Below, piece after piece: positions 1 to 8,097 of a stretch of 36,880 nucleotides of DNA. A program made the position numbers and the translations under genes. The number at the start of each line of letters is the position of its first letter. Position 1 is the stretch's first letter. The notes beneath the pieces are model-generated. The model was not told the origin of the DNA, searched no databases, and was given only the letters and a program-made list of their open reading frames with translations. Origin of the DNA: a bacterium (GTDB taxonomy: Bacteria; RBG-13-61-14; DATKZS01); NCBI GenBank assembly GCA_046484135.1, contig JAWOBU010000003.1, positions 1-36,880 on the forward strand, in the 5' to 3' direction.

Positions 1-97
1 CCGAATTCAGCGAGCCTTTCCTGAATTCCCCGATTTGTCGCAGCTCATTGATCAACTCTTCCGCTTCTTTTTTCTGCCGCTTGCTTTCAGTAGTCAT
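1..97 (-). CDS. 5' fragment of a small protein running off the window edge; possibly DUF6788-like
   Basis: ATG at 97 with AAGGAG RBS (105-110); reads MTTESKRQKKEAEELINELRQIGEFRKGSLNS with no stop before the edge. RKGSL resembles the RGSL motif preceding the Cys cluster in DUF6788 proteins (from memory; family call weak). Confidence 0.55.
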   Translation of the reverse strand, partial: MTTESKRQKKEAEELINELRQIGEFRKGSLNS

Positions 98-109
98 GGT
101 CAGTCTCCT

Positions 110-164
110 TTCTGAATGTTTACTATACATTCAGAATTATAGCAAAAAAAGAAGTTATATACAA
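110..164 (-). promoter_or_regulatory. sigma70-type promoter with an overlapping 10-7-10 inverted-repeat operator
   Basis: Minus strand TTGTAT (164-159), 17-nt spacer ending TGC, TATAAT (141-136). Perfect inverted repeat TTCTGAATGT (110-119) / ACATTCAGAA (127-136) lies between the -10 and the RBS. Confidence 0.65.
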
Positions 165-234
165 CAGCCACCAAATATGTCGCACGCCCCTGAGGAAGCG
201 ACCGCATAATTTATCCTTGCCGCACCTTTTATCC

Positions 235-263
235 TTGAACTGGTTGCCGTCCTGTTTTAATAT
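235..263 (+). promoter_or_regulatory. sigma70-like promoter for the J-domain gene
   Basis: TTGAAC (235-240), 17-nt spacer, TAATAT (258-263); argues against the TTG at 217 as start. Confidence 0.45.
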
Positions 264-276
264 AAATCAACAGCTA

Positions 277-1965
277 ATGAGTACCAGCAGCGAAAAACTT
301 TTTGAGCACATGGAGGGCGAACGGGGGGACCTGATGGAGGTCCCCTTTGGAAAGGTGTTCGCCCGGTTTTGCCGGCAGGGCCGGACCGGCTTTCTCGACA
401 TCCGGGACAAGCCCGCTCCGGAAGGCGGCAAGATATTGAAACGGGTCATCATGGCCCACGGCGCGAGCTTTGCCGTCAAAGGCGGCACCGCCCAGGAGAC
501 CCTTCCCGAGATTCTTCTTGCGAACAAGAAGATCAGCCAGGAGACCTACGATAAGCTCCACGCCGATACCGGCGGCGATTACAACAAGATGGAACAGATG
601 GCGATGAGCGGGTCGGTCATTCCGCCGGGCGAGATAGCCGACGCTGTAACCCACCAGACCGAAGTCAAAATCCGGCAGCTTTTCAGTCTCATCCGGGGCA
701 CTTACGAGCTCAAGCCCCAGCAGAAGAGCGCGATTTTAAAGCACGGTCCCATGACCATCTCTCCGGAAAAGCTGGTGCTGGAAGGGTGCCGGGAGCACTA
801 CCCGGAAGCCCGGATCAAAAAGGAGTTTCCGGACATCGAGAACAAGAGCTTCAGCGTTGACCCGGAGTTCGAGTCGCGGCTGGTGGCGGCAGGTGTGGCC
901 CCCAAGGTGATTCGAGTCATAAAGAACATGCAAAACTCCTTTAACTGGCAATCGGCCGTAAAAAGCCTGCCTTTCGATTCCAAGGAGGCGTCGGCTTTTC
1001 TGCTCGGTCTTTATTTCGCGGGCATCCTGACTTTTCCGGCGGAGCAGGAGGACTTCCCGGTGGGTAAGGCTTATGAAGCGCCGGAACAGCGCAAAAAGGA
1101 GTCCGCCAAGAAAGAGCCGGCCAAGGCCGGGAAAGAGACCAAGAAAGAGGAGAAAAAAGAGGAGAAGAAGCCTCCGGAGGAAAAGAAGCTGCCGGTTGAG
1201 GAGATGCTGGACCGAGAGCTTTCGGACGAGGAGTTTCTCGAGGAGATAGACAAGCGTCTGGAAACTGCCTTGAGCAAGGAGACGACCTACCTGGACATAC
1301 TGGGGGTGGACGAGAACACGCGTCCGGACAAGATCAAGAAGATTTACTTCAAGTTTGCGCGTCGCTTCCATCCCGACGCCCGTCCGGACCTGTTCCAGGG
1401 CGAGGTCCGGGAGAAGGTCGAGGACCTTTTCACCAAGATATCCGAGGCCTACGATGTTCTGGGGGATGACAAGAAGCGAAGTGAGTACATCAAAGCGCTT
1501 CGGAGCAAGGTCTCGCAGGAGGACATGGACAAGGCCCAGCGGGCGATCGAAGCGGAGATGGAGTTCCAGAAGGCCGAGATACTGCTGAACCGGTCCAAAT
1601 GGAGCGAGGCCCGCGAGCTCTTGGAGAAAGCGGTGGAGCTTCAGCCGGAGGAGCCCGAGTACGGGATGTATCTTGCCTGGATTGATTACAAGTTGAAAGG
1701 CCCGTCCGGCGCCGGACAGGCAAGATCGAAGATCAGCAAGGTGCTGGAGCAACGGCCCAAGGCGGCGGACGGCTACTACTACCTGGCCATGATAGACAAG
1801 GACGAAGGCGAGATGGCCGCTGCCGAGAAAAACCTGGAAAAGGCCCAGCAGTTAAAGCCGCGAGACACCGACATAAAGCGCGAGCTTATGCTCGTAAGAA
1901 GAAAAAGAGAAGCGCCCTCCTCCCAGGAGAAAAAAGGCAAAGGGCTTTTCGGAAAGAAAAAGTAG
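277..1965 (+). CDS. J-domain (DnaJ) co-chaperone with N-terminal DUF4388-like region and C-terminal TPR repeats
   Basis: J-domain YLDILGV...IKKIYFKFARRFHPD...FTKISEAYDVL with intact HPD; TPR-like helices at the C-terminus; K/E-rich linker. Start ATG 277 or 310. Confidence 0.85.
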   Translation: MSTSSEKLFEHMEGERGDLMEVPFGKVFARFCRQGRTGFLDIRDKPAPEGGKILKRVIMAHGASFAVKGGTAQETLPEILLANKKISQETYDKLHADTGGDYNKMEQMAMSGSVIPPGEIADAVTHQTEVKIRQLFSLIRGTYELKPQQKSAILKHGPMTISPEKLVLEGCREHYPEARIKKEFPDIENKSFSVDPEFESRLVAAGVAPKVIRVIKNMQNSFNWQSAVKSLPFDSKEASAFLLGLYFAGILTFPAEQEDFPVGKAYEAPEQRKKESAKKEPAKAGKETKKEEKKEEKKPPEEKKLPVEEMLDRELSDEEFLEEIDKRLETALSKETTYLDILGVDENTRPDKIKKIYFKFARRFHPDARPDLFQGEVREKVEDLFTKISEAYDVLGDDKKRSEYIKALRSKVSQEDMDKAQRAIEAEMEFQKAEILLNRSKWSEARELLEKAVELQPEEPEYGMYLAWIDYKLKGPSGAGQARSKISKVLEQRPKAADGYYYLAMIDKDEGEMAAAEKNLEKAQQLKPRDTDIKRELMLVRRKREAPSSQEKKGKGLFGKKK

Positions 1966-1976
1966 GCCCGCCTTTT

Positions 1977-4463
1977 CTATTCTTTTCCCTCTTTGATGAT
2001 AAGAGAAGATTCCTTTTCACCCGCCGGCACCTGAATGAGCCAGGCCTTGTTTCCCCGGTCGTAACTCGCCGCCGGGCAGGGAGTGGATTCCCCGTCCTTC
2101 CTTAACCGGATATCCGCGGACTCCGGAAGGCCGTACACCCGGAACTCGACACTCTCCCTGCCCGTATCATAACCGTCGTGCAGCTTCTTAATGCCGATCT
2201 CCACTCCCCCGGCAACAGGCCGGCAACTGAACTCCGTCCTGGTGAACGATCCTTTTTCATGCGCCATGGTCCGGCCGTCGTCCTCGTAAAGCACAAAGGA
2301 GGAGGAGCGGCGGCCCGGATACACGCGCAAGGTAAGCGGCTTCCAGGCCGCGGACTCCGTTTTTTCGCCTTTTGTCATGGGAACGATGGCGCCCGCTTTT
2401 GCAAAAAGCGGTGTCTCGGACAAAGGCGCAGGCACCTGGATTTCCGCCGGCCCTTTAATCTTCTCGCCCGTGTAAAAGTCGTACCACTCTCCCTTCGGAA
2501 GATAGACACTGCGCTTTAGCTTGCCTTTCTCCAATACAGGAGCTGCCAGGAGCCACTTGCCCCACATGAACTGGTCGTCCATGTCAAGAACGGCAGGATC
2601 GGCGGGGAACTCGAAGAGCATGGGCCGCATGACCGGATGGTTGGTCCGACTTGTTTGTTCGAACAGGGTATAGGTATAAGGCATGAGCCGATACCGGAGC
2701 TTGATGGCTTTCCTCGCGATAGCGGTTATTTTGTCGCCGAACTCCCATGGTTCCTGGTCCGGCATGTTATTGCCGGTGTGGTTCCGGAAGAAAGGATAAA
2801 AAGCTCCAGCCTCGACCCAGCGGGCGAACATCTCATCCGAAGGATACCCGTGAAAGCCGCCCACGTCGCTGCCGTTAAAGGCGATGCCGCTCAGTCCCAT
2901 GTTGAGCTGCATGGGGATGGAAAGGCCGAGGTGGGACCACTCGGACGAGTTGTCTCCCGTCCAGACCAGGGCATGGCGCTGGATGCCCGGAAAACCTGCC
3001 CGCGAAATGATGAAAGGCCGAAGAGAGGGGTTTAGTTCGCGTAGACCTTGCCACGTTCCTTCAGCCTCCAACAGAGCATAGATATTGTGAACCCGGGCGT
3101 GCGGGATCGGCTCCGAAGCCTGGCCGTGGCGCATCCGGAGCCAATTAACCTCGCCCCAATTGATGTTTATTCTCTTGCCGAGACTGAAGCCTTCCGCCCA
3201 TCCCGCGGGCTCGTTCATGTCGTTCCAGATGCCGTCCACTCCCCGGCTCGTGTAAAACCGGTGTAGAGAGCCCCACCATTTCCGGACCTCCGGTTTATAA
3301 AAGTCCGGAAAGTAAACGTCGCCGGGCCAGACGCGGGCCTGGAAAAGTCCGCCTTCCTTGTCCCGGACAAAGTAGTCGTTTGCCATCCCTTCCGAGTAAG
3401 GCTCGTACTCCTTGTCTATCTTGATGCCGGGGTCTACGATGGCCACTGTCTTGATGCCGTGCTTTTCCAACTCCGCGGTAAGACCGGCAGGGTCGGGAAA
3501 GCTCTCCGGGTCGAAAGTAAACACCCGGTAGCCCTCCATATAATGGATGTCCAGGTAAATGGCGTCCACCGGGATATCATGCTCCAGGAAGCCTTTTTTT
3601 ATCTCTCGGACCTCTTCCGCGTCCTTGTAGCTGTAGCGGCACTGGTGGTACCCGATACCCCACAAGGGCGGCAGCGGCATGGTCCCCACCAGATCGCCGT
3701 AGCGGGAAAGGACCTCTTTGGGCGCGGGCCCTGCTATCACCCAGTAATCAAGCTCTCCACCCCCGGCCTGGAAGCTGTAGCGGCCGCTCTTTATCCGGCC
3801 CATGTCAAACACGCTCCGGAAGGTATTGTCAAAGAAAAGACCATAAGCCCGGCCCTCTCGAAGCGCCAGGAAGAAAGGATGGGACTGGTAGATGGGATCG
3901 GTGTCCAGATCGTATCCAACGTCAGTGTTCCACATCACCAGCCGCTCACCCCGCTTGTCCAGCGGGCCCGTCTTCTCCCCGAAACCGTAGTAGTGCTCGT
4001 TATCCGGCATCTTCTTTATGCAGCCCACGGTGTCACCCTGAAAAAAGACGCCACCGCGCTCCGGCTCGGACAGGAGCGGCTCTTCCCCCAGGAGGATTTC
4101 CATGCTGCCGCTCCCGCGGTCAATCCTTACCTTCAAGTCTCCTTTTTCCAGCACCACTGCTTTATCGTTTTCAGTAACCTCAGGGGCGGTCCCTTCCGCT
4201 TCCGGGTTTTCCAGCGCGAAGCTCGGGAAGCGATCGAACGTCTCTTTGCCGGTGGCTTCAATGTGGAGCAGTCCTTCGGAGCGGGCCGATATCCGGACCA
4301 GGCCGTTCTCGCACCGGACCTGTACCGCGTTTTCAGTCTTCTCCACGGTTTTAATTTCGCCGAGATGCTTCTTGTTGTCTCCGTCCCTCGCCAGGGTGGT
4401 AAGCGCGAAAGCGGCCAGTATGAAGACACTTGCTAATACCGCGGCCTTCAGTTTTTTACTCAT
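1977..4463 (-). CDS. Exported glycoside hydrolase family 31 (alpha-glucosidase-like)
   Basis: N-terminal signal peptide; YGFGEK, YHQCRYSY, IYLDIHYM, nucleophile motif WNDMNEP, acid/base motif WTGDN, GSDVGGF, C-terminal LYEDDG. Confidence 0.93.
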   Translation of the reverse strand: MSKKLKAAVLASVFILAAFALTTLARDGDNKKHLGEIKTVEKTENAVQVRCENGLVRISARSEGLLHIEATGKETFDRFPSFALENPEAEGTAPEVTENDKAVVLEKGDLKVRIDRGSGSMEILLGEEPLLSEPERGGVFFQGDTVGCIKKMPDNEHYYGFGEKTGPLDKRGERLVMWNTDVGYDLDTDPIYQSHPFFLALREGRAYGLFFDNTFRSVFDMGRIKSGRYSFQAGGGELDYWVIAGPAPKEVLSRYGDLVGTMPLPPLWGIGYHQCRYSYKDAEEVREIKKGFLEHDIPVDAIYLDIHYMEGYRVFTFDPESFPDPAGLTAELEKHGIKTVAIVDPGIKIDKEYEPYSEGMANDYFVRDKEGGLFQARVWPGDVYFPDFYKPEVRKWWGSLHRFYTSRGVDGIWNDMNEPAGWAEGFSLGKRININWGEVNWLRMRHGQASEPIPHARVHNIYALLEAEGTWQGLRELNPSLRPFIISRAGFPGIQRHALVWTGDNSSEWSHLGLSIPMQLNMGLSGIAFNGSDVGGFHGYPSDEMFARWVEAGAFYPFFRNHTGNNMPDQEPWEFGDKITAIARKAIKLRYRLMPYTYTLFEQTSRTNHPVMRPMLFEFPADPAVLDMDDQFMWGKWLLAAPVLEKGKLKRSVYLPKGEWYDFYTGEKIKGPAEIQVPAPLSETPLFAKAGAIVPMTKGEKTESAAWKPLTLRVYPGRRSSSFVLYEDDGRTMAHEKGSFTRTEFSCRPVAGGVEIGIKKLHDGYDTGRESVEFRVYGLPESADIRLRKDGESTPCPAASYDRGNKAWLIQVPAGEKESSLIIKEGKE

Positions 4464-4469
4464 CCTCTG

Positions 4470-6605
4470 TTACAGCTCCTTTCCATAGGTTTCCAAAGAG
4501 GCAAGATAGAACAGGGCGTGGTGCCAGATATGGGGCTGTCCCTCGCCTGCCTCAACCTTTCCGTCTATGGTGATCCAGACCTCGCCGAAGTGGCCGGTGT
4601 CAGTAGTGGGCACCCGCGAGGACCATTCCAAACCTCTTTTCAGCCGTTCGAGCTTTTCCGGCCGGTCCTTCCAGTAATGGGCCAGGCAGAGAAGGCCGTA
4701 CACCTCGTAGTAGCCCATCTCGCGCTCGCCGTCAAAGCTCCGGGAGAGTGCCTCCCATAACTGGTCGGCGGCGTGCTCCGCCCGCGGATCGTTATCATCG
4801 AGCATTCCCGCGGGCCACAGTATCAGTCCCGCTGCCTTGGACAGCCGCACCCTATCATCGCATCCGCCTCTTTTGTCCGGGTCCCGCACAAACCGCTTGC
4901 AAGCGGGATCATAAAAGAGATCGAGCATTGCCTTTTTTATTTCTTCGGACCGGGCGAGCCATTTTTTCTTGTGCTCCGGCCGGTCAAGCGCGTGTGCGGC
5001 GCGGGCCGCGGCCCGGAGCCCGATGTAAACCGGCACTGCGCCATGGGGCGTCTGTGTCTTTTTGGGGTTGTCGTCTTCATGGGCCTTTTTCTGCATGCCG
5101 GTCTTAGGGTCCTTGAACTCGACCAGGAAGTCGGCGGCGCGCTCTACGGCCGGGTACACTTCTTCGAGGTAATCAACATCTCCGGTCTGTTCGTAGTAGC
5201 GGACCAACTGATATATGCCCCAGCCGGTCTCGTCTATCTCCCACCAGATGAGGGGAAATCCGGGAACCCCGTCCGCGGTGTAATTGGACGCCCAGTTGCC
5301 TTTTGGCACGTGGCGGACCTTGTGTCCGGGCCGCGATTGTACGCTTGCCAGAAACAGGTTCCTTTTTCGGACCAGGTCGGGAAATCCCGCTTCCATAAGG
5401 GCCATGTTGATGAAAGCTCCGTCGCGGGGCCAGTCCAGTCCGTAAGGCGGCTGGGTGGACATGGATGCCACCACTGCGCCTGAGTCGCGGTCGCTTCCCA
5501 AAAGCATGGATATGACCGAGCGGATGGCCACCTTCTTGATGCGGGGGTCATCGCTCCGGGGCAGAGGAATGTTCGCCAGACGTTCTTGCCAAGCTTTCTC
5601 CACTCTGTCGAGCGAGCGCGAATAATCTTTTTGCCTGGCCTCCTCGATAAGCTCTACAGCTTCCTTCTTGGCGGGTGCGGCTGAAACCAGGAGCGACGCC
5701 TGCGCTTCTCCTCCGGAAAGATCAAGCTCCTTCTCCACTGCCGCGGCAACCTGCCCGAAAGCCTGGTCGGATTCCTGAAGTCCTTCGGCAGCCATGTAAA
5801 ACGGGTCCTTTTTGGCGGGCGCGCGCAACAGTGAGCACTTCCGGTCATAGCCCGCCTGGTGCGCACTGCTCTCTTTCGCGAACCCGAAGGCGATGTTCAC
5901 CGACACCTTCTTGTCAATGGACTTGTCTTTGCCGGTCTTGGAGTGGATAAACAGGTCGTGGTCTCCCTGCCATTCGAGCTTCGAGTTTCCGATCTCGTCC
6001 AGGCACCAGTCCCGGAGTGGAAGGAATGGTATCTTGGACACCTGGGGAGCGAAGTTCAGATACGACACCAGGGCGGCCCGCTCTACATCCGAGCCGGGGA
6101 GCTTTTTTACGAGGTAATGCCGCCAGAGAACGTCGTTGTCCGGGTCCACGAAGTCCGACTGTTCTACAAGGATGCCGGCTTCGGAGTTTTTGAACTCGGT
6201 TATGACCACCACGCTGCGGGGGCCGCGGTAGCGCTGGGTTTTATAAGCGTCGCGCAGCCAGAAGAAGCCCTCTCTGTCGCCGCCGCGATAGCGAACGCCG
6301 CTCAGGACGCCTTCGTTCTCGAGGGCCCCCATCCGCTCGTCCTTGCGGCTCGCGGTCATGAACTTGACGTGGTCGTAAAAGCTGGGGCTGGGCCACTTGA
6401 AAAGGGTTACGGTCCCTTTCCGGTTTATGCCCACGGACAGGCCCTGGTTGCCGGTGGCCGCGTTTATGGCGGTGGCCCCGTAAGGCTCGGCGCTCAGCTC
6501 TCCGTGCAGCTTGAGACAGGGCCGGCCGTGGTTGCAGGAGGTGCCGGCCAAACACAAAAGCGTTGCCTGCATGAGAAGTACAAGAATAAGCCGGAGTTTT
6601 TTCAT
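4470..6605 (-). CDS. Exported GH15-like (glucoamylase/glucodextranase type) glycoside hydrolase, possible lipoprotein
   Basis: Start MKKLRLILVLL... at 6605 with possible lipobox GTSC; motifs WPRDG, EIDETG, AHEDD (WEE equivalent), FGEV, PHIWHHALF (PLxWSHA equivalent). Confidence 0.78.
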   Translation of the reverse strand: MKKLRLILVLLMQATLLCLAGTSCNHGRPCLKLHGELSAEPYGATAINAATGNQGLSVGINRKGTVTLFKWPSPSFYDHVKFMTASRKDERMGALENEGVLSGVRYRGGDREGFFWLRDAYKTQRYRGPRSVVVITEFKNSEAGILVEQSDFVDPDNDVLWRHYLVKKLPGSDVERAALVSYLNFAPQVSKIPFLPLRDWCLDEIGNSKLEWQGDHDLFIHSKTGKDKSIDKKVSVNIAFGFAKESSAHQAGYDRKCSLLRAPAKKDPFYMAAEGLQESDQAFGQVAAAVEKELDLSGGEAQASLLVSAAPAKKEAVELIEEARQKDYSRSLDRVEKAWQERLANIPLPRSDDPRIKKVAIRSVISMLLGSDRDSGAVVASMSTQPPYGLDWPRDGAFINMALMEAGFPDLVRKRNLFLASVQSRPGHKVRHVPKGNWASNYTADGVPGFPLIWWEIDETGWGIYQLVRYYEQTGDVDYLEEVYPAVERAADFLVEFKDPKTGMQKKAHEDDNPKKTQTPHGAVPVYIGLRAAARAAHALDRPEHKKKWLARSEEIKKAMLDLFYDPACKRFVRDPDKRGGCDDRVRLSKAAGLILWPAGMLDDNDPRAEHAADQLWEALSRSFDGEREMGYYEVYGLLCLAHYWKDRPEKLERLKRGLEWSSRVPTTDTGHFGEVWITIDGKVEAGEGQPHIWHHALFYLASLETYGKEL

Positions 6606-6636
6606 GGTATCTGTCTCCTTTGGTCTCGTGCTGTGA

Positions 6637-7458
6637 TTAAAAATCTTCATTCTCTCCCTCGTCGCCGTCATCGTCGGTCCAGGCTTGCTCCGGAGCGGTG
6701 TCAGCGTCCGGGTTGGCTATGCGCCAGCGCGACTGGCGGAGAATGCCCCGAATGATGCGGACGTCCCTTTCCACCAGCCCGGAGCGGTGCAGTATCTTGC
6801 GGATGGCCATCATCATCCGGCGGGGGTCTTTTTCCTGGATAAAGCCGATGTCCAAGAGATAATCCTGGATGTCTTCGAACATCAACTCCAGGTTTTCAGT
6901 GGACGCAAGCTTTCGTTGTCCTTTCGGCTTTCCCGCCACTGCCCGGTTCAAGAGGTAGCCTATTATAGCCACGGAGTGGGCCAGGTTGAAGGACTCGAAA
7001 TCGGTGCCGGTGGATATGCTCACCAGCCAGTGGCAGAGCGCCAGGTCGTCATTGGACAGCCCCGACTCCTCGGAGCCGAACACCACCGCTATTTTGTTTA
7101 CGGGCACGACTTCCCGCACCATGTCCGCGGCCTGGAAGGGGCTGAGCACGTTTTTGCGGAGCGTTCCCCGCCGGCGGGTGGTGCCGATCACCAGGCCGCA
7201 ATCTGCGAGTGCATCGTAGAGGTTATCGTGGATCGCGGCGGTGTCCAGGATGTCGGAGCCGGAAAGCGCCCGGGCGTAGGCCTCCTTGTTAAACTCCGCC
7301 CGCGGACGCACCAGGTGAAGACCGCCAAGACCGTTGTTCTTGACGGCTCGGGCGGCCATGCCCACGTTGCCCGCGAACTTCACGTCAACCAGCACCACCC
7401 GGATGTTGCCGAGAAGTGAAAGACGAGCATGGAACTCTTCCGGATAATCAGAGTACAT
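6637..7458 (-). CDS. trmJ: SPOUT/TrmH-family tRNA methyltransferase, TrmJ type
   Basis: IRVVLV...GNVGMAARAVKNNG, IGTTRR, VFGSEESGLSNDDLALC, SFNLAHSVAI, C-terminal IIRGILRQ. ATG at 7458 preceded by GGAGG. Confidence 0.88.
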   Translation of the reverse strand: MYSDYPEEFHARLSLLGNIRVVLVDVKFAGNVGMAARAVKNNGLGGLHLVRPRAEFNKEAYARALSGSDILDTAAIHDNLYDALADCGLVIGTTRRRGTLRKNVLSPFQAADMVREVVPVNKIAVVFGSEESGLSNDDLALCHWLVSISTGTDFESFNLAHSVAIIGYLLNRAVAGKPKGQRKLASTENLELMFEDIQDYLLDIGFIQEKDPRRMMMAIRKILHRSGLVERDVRIIRGILRQSRWRIANPDADTAPEQAWTDDDGDEGENEDF

Positions 7459-7634
7459 AAGGTTTTCCCTCCGCCTCTCCAAAAAAACAGTTTCCCAGCT
7501 ATCGCCCTCTAATGCAAAGGATTAGTCCCGTACACCCTGTAACACCCGGAACTTTCCAGAGAGCCGGCCGCCTGATTCTTCCTTAATGAGGCCGGAAGGT
7601 TAAGGATGGTCGTCATAATTTTACATCCTCTTAT

Positions 7635-7682
7635 TTGACAGACCTTTGTTATTTGCTATCCTATTGCGTAAGTACGCAAATA
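7635..7682 (+). promoter_or_regulatory. Promoter with probable ArsR/SmtB operator
   Basis: TTGACA (7635-7640), 16-nt spacer ending TGC, TATCCT (7657-7662), then perfect 7-2-7 inverted repeat TTGCGTA-AG-TACGCAA (7664-7679), matching the 2-nt-spacer geometry of ArsR-family operators. Confidence 0.72.
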
Positions 7683-7694
7683 AGAAACTAAAGG

Positions 7695-8042
7695 ATGAAA
7701 AGTAAAAAGAAGAAAGAAAAACTGGACCCGGAGATATTCAAAGTCCACGCGGAGTTTTGCGGGGTCCTCGCCAGCGCCACCAGGATCATGATCATGTGGC
7801 TTCTGGCGGACGGCGAGAAATCGGTTTCCGCTCTCGCTTCCGAGCTCGAGCTTCCGGTCCCGAACGTGTCGCAGCACTTGCGGATAATGCGGGACCGTGG
7901 AGCTGTGGTGTTTCGTAAGGAGGGACAGAATGTTTATTACCGGGTGTCGAATGACAAGTTCATCCAAGGTTACATGTCCATAAGAGAGGGCATTATCGAG
8001 GAGATGCGCAAGAGCTACGAAGGACATTCCCCGAGGTCGTGA
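7695..8042 (+). CDS. ArsR/SmtB-family transcriptional regulator
   Basis: LASATRIMIMWLL...GEKSVSALASELELPVPNVSQHLRIMRDRGAV..RKEGQNVYY winged-HTH signature; a single Cys (C22). Confidence 0.92.
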   Translation: MKSKKKKEKLDPEIFKVHAEFCGVLASATRIMIMWLLADGEKSVSALASELELPVPNVSQHLRIMRDRGAVVFRKEGQNVYYRVSNDKFIQGYMSIREGIIEEMRKSYEGHSPRS

Positions 8043-8097
8043 TTGGAATGGTGTTGATTTCATTGGGGTGCCATCGGCAGTAAAGGAGGTTCAAGCT

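Noticed and set aside
6606..6671. Apparent overlap of the GH15-like ORF with trmJ
   Set aside because: The signal peptide begins at ATG 6605, which has a GGAG RBS, so the upstream extension is not real.
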